The notes below the pieces were generated by a model. It saw only the letters and a list, made by a program, of their open reading frames with translations, had not been told where the DNA came from and ran no database searches. Shown here in pieces: positions 7,508-14,125 of a stretch of 17,712 nt of DNA. The stretch's first letter is position 1; each line of letters starts with the position of its first letter. The position numbers and the translations under genes are program-made. The DNA lies in the IMG/VR virus record IMGVR_UViG_2537561977_000021, positions 1 to 17,712 of that record; one strand, given 5' to 3'. The stretch is from a virus (Duplodnaviria; Heunggongvirae; Uroviricota; Caudoviricetes).

Positions 7508-7933
7508 TCAATGCACAGCCAGAGTATTTCCTGCCGGACCACCACGATTCATCTGATCGAACAGAACAATCGCTGATGCAACGAAATCATCGATATCTTT
7601 CACCAGCTGTTCCTGCGTCTCCAGCAGTTCCCGAAAATAAACTGAACTGTGGCTGCGCATTCGGGCCACCAGCGGAGGCGGCATTGCCTTTTCGATCGCT
7701 GGTAACAACGCCTGAATTTTTTTAACAGCATCAGGGGTGTCTTTCTCTATCCAGCGGAAAATTTTCTGGGTATTGCGAGCCAGGGCTTCCGGATGGCTGT
7801 CGTCGTACAGTTCAGGGAACGTCATCCCCAGTTCGAAATAAGTCCGGGCTATCTCAGCCGCCGGAACTTTCTCACCATCAGGATATGCCCATGCATTCAT
7901 CGCCATACGGATGTGCTCATGCTTGATTTTCAT
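7508..7933 (-). CDS. YdaT-like (CII-like) prophage regulatory protein
   Basis: 141 aa starting MKIKHEHIRMAMNAW.... ATGA overlap with the upstream Cro-like gene. Family assignment from recalled YdaT features. Confidence 0.65.
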   Translation of the reverse strand: MKIKHEHIRMAMNAWAYPDGEKVPAAEIARTYFELGMTFPELYDDSHPEALARNTQKIFRWIEKDTPDAVKKIQALLPAIEKAMPPPLVARMRSHSSVYFRELLETQEQLVKDIDDFVASAIVLFDQMNRGGPAGNTLAVH

Positions 7934-8193
7934 GAATCACCCCCCGCCGATGGTTGTGTGTTAGCCTGAAACTCAGCAGGCAAGCCGTCAGTTGGGTTGG
8001 GGTAGGTTTTACTGTCAATCTCATGTGGGGTCACCACCCATCCCGTTGCTTCACACCAACGTAATATTTTTTCTCCTGTAAGTTTTGCACGCCCCGTTAT
8101 AACGTGGCTGACCATCCCCTGGGATGCGCCAACAATCTCAGCAAATGAACTCTGGGTTATATGAAAATGATGCAAATATTCTCCAAGATTCAT
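7930..8193 (-). CDS. YdaS/Cro-like HTH transcriptional regulator (lytic-side repressor)
   Basis: ATG at 8193 preceded by AGGGCGG; product MNLGEYLHHFHITQSSFAEIVGASQGMVSHVITGRAKLTGEKILRW... has an HTH. Divergent from the repressor gene across an operator-bearing intergenic region. The ORF-track start at 8220 is TTG. Confidence 0.75.
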   Translation of the reverse strand: MNLGEYLHHFHITQSSFAEIVGASQGMVSHVITGRAKLTGEKILRWCEATGWVVTPHEIDSKTYPNPTDGLPAEFQANTQPSAGGDS

Positions 8194-8229
8194 AATCCGC
8201 CCTATGTGATGTGTTACCAACGCATAATT

Positions 8230-8270
8230 AATAGCACTGTTATTTTTAAAAGTAAATAGCGATGCTATTT
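8230..8270. promoter_or_regulatory. OR-like operator region: two palindromic sites AATAGC-N3-GYTATT between divergent cro-like and repressor genes
   Basis: Site A AATAGCACTGTTATT (8230-8244); site B AAATAGCGATGCTATTT (8254-8270, perfect 7-bp half-sites). Candidate promoter elements overlap on both strands. Confidence 0.6.
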
Positions 8271-8304
8271 CAAAGTGATTAGCAATCTTATTAGAATTGG
8301 ATGT

Positions 8305-8805
8305 ATGAAAAGAAAATCACTGTCAGACACCGACCTCAACGCCGCCAGAAGACTGAAAGAAATCTGGATGGCAAAGAAATCTCAGTTGGGATTGACTCAG
8401 GAACGTGCGGCGGAAATTATGGGGTTTTCAACACAAGGGGCGGTAAGTCACTACCTAAATGGTCAAACCCCACTAAACCTTGAGGCTGTTCTAAAGTTTG
8501 CTGGCTTACTGAAAGTTCCCCCTGAGTCAATCAGGCCAGACATGGCAGATTTGCTGCAAATTGCAAGGATGTATTGTCGAGAACCACAGCAAGATAACAT
8601 AGTCGCATTACCAGCAGACACAGAACAAACAGAGGATGAACTACCGTTTGCCGTAGAGCCGATGGAACGAGATTTAATCCATACGTTCAGAGCTTTTCCG
8701 AAAGAAGATCAAGAACACATGCTTCAGGAGATGAAAGATAAAAAAGAATCAATGGATCGTACGGTTGCGCGGTGGTTAGCTGCACAAAAAGGCCGTCGCG
8801 CCTAA
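8305..8805 (+). CDS. CI-like prophage repressor / PaaR-like HTH (XRE family) regulator
   Basis: HTH LGLTQERAAEIMGFSTQGAVSHYLNG. Divergent from the cro-like gene and followed by the paaA-parE-like pair. ATG at 8305 (MKRKSL...) lies just downstream of TAGAAT at 8292-8297, so the mRNA may be leaderless; the alternative ATG at 8275 is not excluded. Confidence 0.7.
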   Translation: MKRKSLSDTDLNAARRLKEIWMAKKSQLGLTQERAAEIMGFSTQGAVSHYLNGQTPLNLEAVLKFAGLLKVPPESIRPDMADLLQIARMYCREPQQDNIVALPADTEQTEDELPFAVEPMERDLIHTFRAFPKEDQEHMLQEMKDKKESMDRTVARWLAAQKGRRA

Positions 8806-8824
8806 ATCAGAGGAGATATGTAAA

Positions 8825-9019
8825 ATGAGTACAGTCCTTTCCCCAATGGTTTCAGAATTTGAGACAGTTGAGCAAGAAAATAGTTACAACGAATGGCTGC
8901 GGGCCAAAGTAGCAGCAAGCCTCGCGGATCCCCGCCCGGCGATTCCGCATGATGAGGTAATGGCGGAAATGGAACAAATTATTGCCCAAATTGCTGCTGC
9001 AACTCACAGAGGTGAATAA
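8825..9019 (+). CDS. type II antitoxin, PaaA-like (ParE-associated antitoxin)
   Basis: 64 aa with GAGGAG 8 nt upstream. Sequence ...SPMVSEFETVEQENSYNEWLRAKVAASLADPRPAIPHDEV... resembles PaaA2-type antitoxins as recalled. Stop overlaps the toxin start (TAATG). Confidence 0.75.
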   Translation: MSTVLSPMVSEFETVEQENSYNEWLRAKVAASLADPRPAIPHDEVMAEMEQIIAQIAAATHRGE

Positions 9020-9309
9020 TGTTACCCGTTTTATGGCTACCATCTGCTCGTGATGATTTGCGCCAGATCGTAGCCTACATAGCTAAAGAAAATCCCGCGG
9101 CAGCACGCAGAATGAAAATTCGAATTGAAACATCCGTTTTGCCGCTCACAGAGCATCCTTACCTGTATCCTCCAAGCGAGCGAGTTCTTGGTCTTCGTGA
9201 AATTGTAACTCATCCTAACTACATCATCCTTTACCGAGTAACAGCATCAAGCATAGAAGTAGTAAATATTGTGCATTCTCGAAGACAGTATCCAGGCAAA
9301 AACAGTTAA
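9019..9309 (+). CDS. parE: ParE/RelE-family type II toxin
   Basis: 96 aa with hallmark RelE/ParE motifs (WLPSARDDLRQIVAYIAKENPAAARRM..., YIILYRV..IEVVNIVHSRR). Translationally coupled to the antitoxin. Confidence 0.85.
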   Translation: MLPVLWLPSARDDLRQIVAYIAKENPAAARRMKIRIETSVLPLTEHPYLYPPSERVLGLREIVTHPNYIILYRVTASSIEVVNIVHSRRQYPGKNS

Positions 9310-9325
9310 TTATTCCCGCCGACAG

Positions 9326-9348
9326 AACCACCTTAGGGTGGTTTTTTC
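9326..9348 (+). terminator. Rho-independent terminator ending the repressor-antitoxin-toxin operon
   Basis: AACCACC-TTAG-GGTGGTT followed by TTTTTTC. Confidence 0.7.
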
Positions 9349-9363
9349 TTGCTCCAACAAAAA

Positions 9364-9403
9364 CAATAGCGATGCTATTTACACCAAAAATAATGATGCT
9401 ATT
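9364..9403. promoter_or_regulatory. OL-like operator region: two further copies of the AATAGC-N3-GCTATT operator motif
   Basis: Site C CAATAGCGATGCTATTT (near-identical to site B) and site D AATAATGATGCTATT. They lie about 1.1 kb from the OR-like pair and upstream of the rightward early genes. Confidence 0.6.
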
Positions 9404-9582
9404 GTTTCAGGCGTCAACCCACCCCGCCCCACAGAATGCAGGGCAATACTTCGAGTTACCAGACAGTGGTCAGGGGTTAAGTAGCCAGCCCGAGGCGTAA
9501 GAACATGACGGCAGGGTTCAACTTTAACTATGCAGCAGGTTTTTGTTCCGCTCCCCCGGCGTTAAGGGGAAATGAGGTCAGC

Positions 9583-9735
9583 ATGGATACTATCAATCTT
9601 GGCAACAGCGAATCTCTGGTATGTGGCGTGTTTCCCAACCAGGACGGTACGTTCACCGCGATGACGTATACCAAAAGCAAAACGTTTAAAACCGAAGCTG
9701 GCGCGCGTCGCTGGTTATCCAGAAATACTGACTGA
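9583..9735 (+). CDS. small early protein (51 aa), YdfA-like by size and position
   Basis: ATG at 9583 with GAGG 5 nt upstream; product MDTINLGNSESLVCGVFPNQDGTFTAMTYTKSKTFKTEAGARRWLSRNTD. The ORF also extends to an upstream ATG at 9505 (alternative start). Confidence 0.45.
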   Translation: MDTINLGNSESLVCGVFPNQDGTFTAMTYTKSKTFKTEAGARRWLSRNTD

Positions 9736-9746
9736 TGAGGTTAACG

Positions 9747-10121
9747 ATGGAATTTAAAGATTTACCAACACCTTTCCAGGAAATGGCAGCGAATATAGTT
9801 CGTTCTCAATTGGCGACTCTTGACCTGAGTACCGTAGAAAAAGAAACCATAGATAATATATCCGGTAACGTGCGCCGTGCCTTTATCGGGTTGTACGAAG
9901 AGAAGCAGCACTCTGATAAGCATGATTCCTCTGAAAAATACTTCCTGGAATTAATGGATATCATTAACAAGGGGTTTGGTTTGTTGATGGAAAAGAAAGG
10001 GATTCGAATAGAACCCCTTAAAAACCATTTTACTGAGTGCAACATTAATTCCTGTGATTTAAAGCATCCCACTCCAGATGGGAAAGTTGAAGCCAACTAT
10101 AAAATATCAATTAATCATTAA
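9747..10121 (+). CDS. hypothetical protein, AT-rich moron gene (124 aa)
   Basis: ATG at 9747 with GAGG 6 nt upstream (alternative ATG at 9735). Low-GC coding sequence with no recognised motif. Confidence 0.55.
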   Translation: MEFKDLPTPFQEMAANIVRSQLATLDLSTVEKETIDNISGNVRRAFIGLYEEKQHSDKHDSSEKYFLELMDIINKGFGLLMEKKGIRIEPLKNHFTECNINSCDLKHPTPDGKVEANYKISINH

Positions 10122-10125
10122 GTTC

Positions 10126-10150
10126 TCCACGGGTGAGGTGGAGAACATGC
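10126..10150. terminator. stem-loop between convergent genes (GTTCTCCAC-GGGTGAG-GTGGAGAAC), possible bidirectional terminator
   Basis: Perfect 9-bp stem with a second weaker hairpin at about 10153-10184. No clean T-tract, so terminator function is tentative. Confidence 0.35.
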
Positions 10151-10199
10151 GCCGGACACGGATAAATCTCCGGCATGCTCTTTAACATTCTGGATATTC

Positions 10200-10646
10200 C
10201 TAACCACAAAGAAATCGCATCAATTTAGATTTTGTGGGCAGCTTCTCTTGTTGTTCGATGGAAACGCCTATTTTGATCTGTGTTTTTAAGATCGCAATAT
10301 CTTTAAGTGATGACCAAATATGATTATCCGTTTTTTCCAGAATTTTTAACTGCATTTTCAATTCAGAATCAGAATATTTTTCTGCATCATCAAAAAGCTG
10401 CAAATATTCTGCGGATTTTCTCATGGCGTTACCTGACTTTTGTCCGAATCCATAAATCGTTTGGACGGTTGCGATCACAACAATAAAAACGCCAGAAATT
10501 TCCGGAATGAATCCGCCAATGACAGATGAACCGAGGATAATACTCACTACTGAGAGAAGTTTATCGAGACGACCAGTCGCTACCGAAAATAGTTGCTCAA
10601 GAAAATAGCCATATAAAATTCTGTCAAGAATATCATCCCGGTCCAT
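10200..10646 (-). CDS. two-TM membrane protein, candidate superinfection-exclusion (SieB-like position) or abortive-infection effector
   Basis: 148 aa with ATG at 10646 and AGGTGA 6 nt upstream. Hydrophobic segments LSVVSIILGSSVIGGF and VFIVVIATVQTIYGF precede a charged C-terminal domain. Low GC; opposite orientation to the surrounding early-left genes. Confidence 0.6.
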   Translation of the reverse strand: MDRDDILDRILYGYFLEQLFSVATGRLDKLLSVVSIILGSSVIGGFIPEISGVFIVVIATVQTIYGFGQKSGNAMRKSAEYLQLFDDAEKYSDSELKMQLKILEKTDNHIWSSLKDIAILKTQIKIGVSIEQQEKLPTKSKLMRFLCG

Positions 10647-10652
10647 ACATCA

Positions 10653-10799
10653 TCACCTACTTGTTTGGTTGTTGCTGTTCCCCCTCTCCTCCGAAGGAGC
10701 TGGAGATGGTTTTGGTCGAATGTTTTTCTCTGGTATGTGATCCCAGACTGTTTTATGTGTCGAATTGCCACCACCTGCTTGTGCTCTTTGCTCTGTCAT
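10653..10799 (-). CDS. small hydrophilic protein (48 aa), hypothetical, coupled to the downstream membrane protein gene
   Basis: ATG at 10799 with AAGGA 6 nt upstream. Its stop TGA lies within the SD of the membrane-protein gene. Weak call. Confidence 0.3.
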   Translation of the reverse strand: MTEQRAQAGGGNSTHKTVWDHIPEKNIRPKPSPAPSEERGNSNNQTSR

Positions 10800-11025
10800 A
10801 TGATTTCCTTGGATCGTTGGGGATATCCAGATTATACAGATTTCTTGTCGTTGGGGAATGACAGGAACCACCTCGCCTGACGTGGTTAAAAGCAGGCACA
10901 CAACACGAAAGCGCACGGCGAAGTCATTTCTCCCTCTGTTGCGTGTCGCCGGTATCTTCGACCGTGCGCTTCCGGTTGTGGCACTCCGCGAAATGGCGCG
11001 GCGGTAAGTATGGCGGGGTTATCCT

Positions 11026-12319
11026 CTGAGGGATCCCCAGAAAATTTAGTAAACCATTATCATATTGGTATACCGTTGCTGTAGAACTTTCAGCCCTGCG
11101 TCAAGTGACAGTGTGTTTAGTATGAGTGGAGAATGTCGAATCACATTCTCCGCCAGTTTTAATAACGAGATGACTCGCCTGTGCTTCACTGTATTTGCCT
11201 GATATTTATGATGTATCCCTTTGTTTTCCAGGCTGAAACCGCTTAACCACATAATGATACTGGCTAATGTTGCGATCAGACTCAATACCGTGACCCGCCC
11301 GGATGAATGACTGGCACCAAACCGTAGTCCAAATCCCCAGCGAGGATTTTTTTCATCCCTGAAATTTTGCTCAATTTGCATTCTACGGCTGTATAATTTC
11401 ATTACCTGTTTTGGCGAGAACTCAGTACTGTTTGTGAAAATAAACCATGGTGATTTCCCGGCAGTACGAGCTTTAGCCGTCACCGATGGTCTGGTTGCTC
11501 TTTCCTTCGAGCGTTTAAATCTACGACCTTTAGGCTTACTTTTATAAAGATAAAAATGCCCTTCATGTTGTGCATTTTTATCTCGACCCAGCAGGCCTTC
11601 ACCTAAATAAATTGCTGTCGTTGATGCTTTTGTGCCTGAGTCCGACACCTTTTCCCAGCCATTACCAACATTGTAATAATGATTGCCCAGTACCCGGCAA
11701 ATATAGGTCCAGCCACGGGAGCGGAGCTGTTGGAACCATCGCCCCTGAAAACCGGCATCTGTAATAACAATGACATCAGTCCCGGGGGAAAAGCACTCAG
11801 CAAGCGATTCCAGAAAACGCTCATGTACATCTGCATTCGCTGTCTGTGATGATGGAACGACACAACTCATCAACGGTAAAGAACGCCCGTCACATGCCAG
11901 GCTTGCCCGCAAAAGCTGAAAACGAGAGGCATGATAAGCACTCTAGTCAATGAGTATCACAACACGAGACATTCCCCGCGTAATCTTTTGGGTAATTCGC
12001 TGAAAAATGGTGGAAACCTCATTTTGCAAATGTCGATTCCCCAACAGTCGATCCACCCGCTTTATTTTGTTTTTAACTGATGCCGTACCGGTTAAATGAC
12101 GCCCGATACTGGTAAGTGTGAGGGAAGCGCCATTTATTACAGCATTAGTTGCGTCAATCAGTGATTTTTGACGGTAAAGATGCAAAGGGGCCAGTATGTT
12201 GTTAAGGAAATTTTGGCATAATGAACGTGCAGGCATAGTGGTGATCTCCTTGAAATTGTTAGCACAATCAATTAGATCACATCTCACTATGCCTGTCTTG
12301 TTTTCTGGGGATTCCTCAG
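11026..12319 (-). mobile_element. IS10-like insertion sequence (IS4 family), about 1294 bp, transposase inactivated
   Basis: Terminal inverted repeats CTGAGGGATCCCCAGAAAA (left) and TTTTCTGGGGATTCCTCAG (right). Flanking direct repeat GGGTTATCCT (11016-11025 and 12320-12329), consistent with a 9-bp target duplication; boundaries uncertain by 1 bp. Confidence 0.8.
11046..12236 (-). pseudogene. IS10-like transposase interrupted by an in-frame amber (TAG) codon
   Basis: The ORFs 11943-12347 and 11046-11912 are in the same frame, separated by TAG at 11945-11943. N-terminal motif KNKIKRVDRLLGNRHL and the C-terminal part align with IS10 transposase as recalled; the TAG sits where IS10 has Trp (TGG). 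Likely start is ATG at 12236 (MPARSL...). Confidence 0.75.
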
Positions 12320-12407
12320 GGGTTATCCTTACCCCCACAGGTAGCACCGGGTTGTCAGGTTGACCATACGCCCGAGTGACAACCCCGCCACAACATCTCC
12401 ATGTTGA

Positions 12408-12466
12408 GGCTTGTGTGAGACCTTTGGCGGCATCAGTTTAATTGCTGGCTGATGTCCGCCCTTTTT
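12408..12466 (+). ncRNA. dicF: DicF-like small RNA with intrinsic terminator
   Basis: ...TTGTGTGAGACCTTTGGCGGCATCAGTTTAATTGCTGGCTGATGTCCGCCCTTTTT resembles E. coli DicF (recalled as UUUCUGGUGACGUUUGGCGGUAUCAGUUUUACUCCGUGACUGCUCUGCCGCCC). Hairpin GGCGGCATCAG/CTGATGTCCGCC plus T5. dicB and ydfD follow downstream as in Qin. 5' end approximate; 5' region diverges. Confidence 0.55.
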
Positions 12467-12467
12467 A

Positions 12468-12637
12468 AAGTGAATTTTGTGATGCGGTGAATGCGGCTAA
12501 GCGCACGCGGAACAGTTAAAAAAGTGATAGGCACTCCGTATTTGTTTTATGGAGTTGGTTTCCCTGTATTCCGGCGTTAATTGTTAACTGGTTAACGTCA
12601 CCTGGAGGCACCAGGCACCGCATCACAAAATTCACTT
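12468..12637. repeat. pair of 22-bp inverted repeats (AAGTGAATTTTGTGATGCGGTG) flanking about 126 bp
   Basis: Plus 12468-12489 matches the reverse complement of 12616-12637 (21-22 of 22 positions). Internal palindromes CCTGG-AGGCA-CCAGG and CATCACA...TGTGATG. Lies immediately downstream of the DicF-like terminator. Confidence 0.6.
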
Positions 12638-12766
12638 CTGTGATGAAAGGTGAGAGAAAATGTTGAATGTAGCTATTGAAAACCAGAACGGGTGGAATTA
12701 TAGTGCACCTGCACCTCATAAAACGGGTGCCGGGATTGGCCTCCTGTTAATCACATTGGTGCCTGA

Positions 12767-12791
12767 ACACGCACCAAAAGCGTGTTTTTTG
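12767..12791 (+). terminator. Rho-independent terminator (ACACGC-ACCAAAA-GCGTGT + T6)
   Basis: Hairpin plus TTTTTT read directly. It lies inside the long ORF-track frame 12660-13508, arguing that Rha starts downstream. Confidence 0.55.
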
Positions 12792-12950
12792 TTGCCTGCA
12801 TTTCATCATTCAATGGCAGCTCAGGCGGGAGCTTCTCACGAAGCGCCGGGTTCCGATGTGACCGGTAAGGCCAATCCCGTCTGGGCTACCACCAATCGGA
12901 TTGGCCTCTGCGGTGGTGGCAGTACTGCTTTCACATCGGAGGATGCCGTT

Positions 12951-13508
12951 ATGGCTACTATCACTACCCTTTCTCACCCTTGTGTAACCATCGAAAATGG
13001 TCGCGCTGTCACCACATCTGTCGCCATTGCGGAATTCTTCCGCAAAATGCATAAAGACGTTCTGAAAAAAATAGACAACCTAGAATGCTCTGAGAAATTT
13101 AGCGGGCGCAATTTTGCGCCCGCCGAATATCTTGATGAGCAAGGCAAAAAACGCCCAATGTACCAGATCACCAAAAACGGCTTCGTTTTCCTGGTGATGG
13201 GATTCACTGGCAAAAAAGCCGCTGCATTTAAAGAAGCCTACATTGCTGAGTTCGATCGCATGGAGGCCGAACTGCGCCAGAATAACACCCCACCCACTGA
13301 CAAAATAATTCCAGGCGATGGCCGCACCCTGGTTGTTCACTTCGACGAACGCGGCAACATCAGATTCACCGAAACCGTTCCTGATGGCGCACGGGTCTGT
13401 ACCATGGAGACTTTCCGGTTTTATCTGGAAGAACAGGGATGGACTCTTGTTAACCGAGGCGCAATTAAAAATATGACTGTAGAGCAATTACTCAAAATTC
13501 ATTGTTGA
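12951..13508 (+). CDS. Rha-family phage regulatory protein (Phage_pRha domain)
   Basis: ATG at 12951 with GGAGGA 7 nt upstream. Motifs VTTSVAIAEFFRKMHKDVLKKIDNL...YQITKNGFVFLVMGFTGKKAAAFKEAYIAEFDRMEAEL match the Rha family as recalled. The ORF-track start at 12660 is rejected in favour of this one. Confidence 0.7.
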   Translation: MATITTLSHPCVTIENGRAVTTSVAIAEFFRKMHKDVLKKIDNLECSEKFSGRNFAPAEYLDEQGKKRPMYQITKNGFVFLVMGFTGKKAAAFKEAYIAEFDRMEAELRQNNTPPTDKIIPGDGRTLVVHFDERGNIRFTETVPDGARVCTMETFRFYLEEQGWTLVNRGAIKNMTVEQLLKIHC

Positions 13509-13518
13509 GGACGCGATA

Positions 13519-13707
13519 ATGGAAACGTTATTACCAAACGTTAATACGTCTGAAGGTTGTTTTGAAATTGGTGTCACTATCAGTAACACGGTATTTACTG
13601 AAGATGCCATTAACAAGAGAAAACACGAACGGGAGTCATTAAATAAAATATGCATTGTTTCAATGCTGGCTCGTTTGCGTCTGATGCAAAAAGGATGCTG
13701 GCGATGA
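13519..13707 (+). CDS. dicB: cell-division inhibitor DicB (62 aa)
   Basis: METLLPNVNTSEGCFEIGVTISNTVFTEDAINKRKHERESLNKICIVSMLARLRLMQKGCWR is near-identical to E. coli DicB as recalled. GAGGA 8 nt upstream. Lies downstream of the DicF-like RNA as in Qin. Confidence 0.8.
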   Translation: METLLPNVNTSEGCFEIGVTISNTVFTEDAINKRKHERESLNKICIVSMLARLRLMQKGCWR

Positions 13708-13892
13708 ATACAGCATTTGCACTTATTCTGACGGTTTTTCTTGTTTCCGGAGAGCCAGTTGATATTGCAGTCAGTGTTCACAGAACAATGCAGGAATGTA
13801 TGGCCGCAGCAACCGAACAGAAAATTCCAGGCAACTGTTATCCGGTCGATAAAGTTATTCACCAGGATAACGAAATCCCGGCAGGATTTTAA
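13704..13892 (+). CDS. ydfD: YdfD-like small protein with N-terminal hydrophobic segment (Qin prophage lysis-associated protein)
   Basis: MNTAFALILTVFLVSGEPVDIAVSVHRTMQECMAAATEQKIPGNCYPVDKVIHQDNEIPAGF matches YdfD as recalled. AAGGA 9 nt upstream. Overlaps the dicB stop (ATGA). Confidence 0.7.
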   Translation: MNTAFALILTVFLVSGEPVDIAVSVHRTMQECMAAATEQKIPGNCYPVDKVIHQDNEIPAGF

Positions 13893-14125
13893 AACAGCAC
13901 CGTAATAAATATCCAGTTTCATTCTTATATGTCAGCAATGGCAGAGATTTGTTCACCCTTAAATCTGTGATGAGGTTTATCAATAATGAGCACTGATAAA
14001 GAAGAATTTGCACTATATTGCGAAGCAAAAAATGACAAAGTAAGAAAACGCCTGGGAATTAAAGGTGTTTTTACTGGACTACAGCAAAAAAATTATCTGT
14101 TGCAATCTCCCGCTGCATTACCGCA

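Noticed and set aside
7444-7725. Plus-strand ORF antisense to the YdaT-like gene
   Set aside because: No RBS and a Pro/Ala-rich low-complexity translation; the opposite strand encodes a recognisable family.
8301-8483. Alternative-frame ORF overlapping the repressor gene
   Set aside because: It is out of frame with the HTH-containing repressor and its translation is basic and low-complexity with no motif.
8852-9043. Minus-strand ORF antisense to the antitoxin/toxin pair
   Set aside because: It is antisense to a well-supported, translationally coupled antitoxin-toxin operon.
10661-10880. Plus-strand ORFs 10661-10861 and 10665-10880
   Set aside because: Cys- and Leu-rich translations with no RBS, antisense to the coupled small ORF and membrane protein gene.
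11570-11863. Small ORFs on both strands inside the IS10-like element
   Set aside because: They are embedded in or antisense to the transposase reading frame, which is recognisably IS10-like.
12660-12950. N-terminal extension of the Rha ORF (ORF-track start at 12660, which has a good AGGTGA RBS)
   Set aside because: An intrinsic terminator (12767-12791) lies inside the extension, the extension is low-complexity and not Rha-like, and a strong GGAGGA RBS precedes the internal ATG at 12951. The 12660 RBS may belong to a short leader or non-coding transcript.
12600-12950. Possible tRNA or other structured RNA gene upstream of Rha
   Set aside because: No cloverleaf with conserved T-loop or anticodon features could be drawn by eye; only a promoter-like region, an RBS-like AGGTGA and a terminator hairpin are evident.
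13488-13922. Minus-strand 144-aa ORF antisense to dicB and ydfD
   Set aside because: It is antisense to two recognised small genes and its translation is Cys/Asn-rich and low-complexity.
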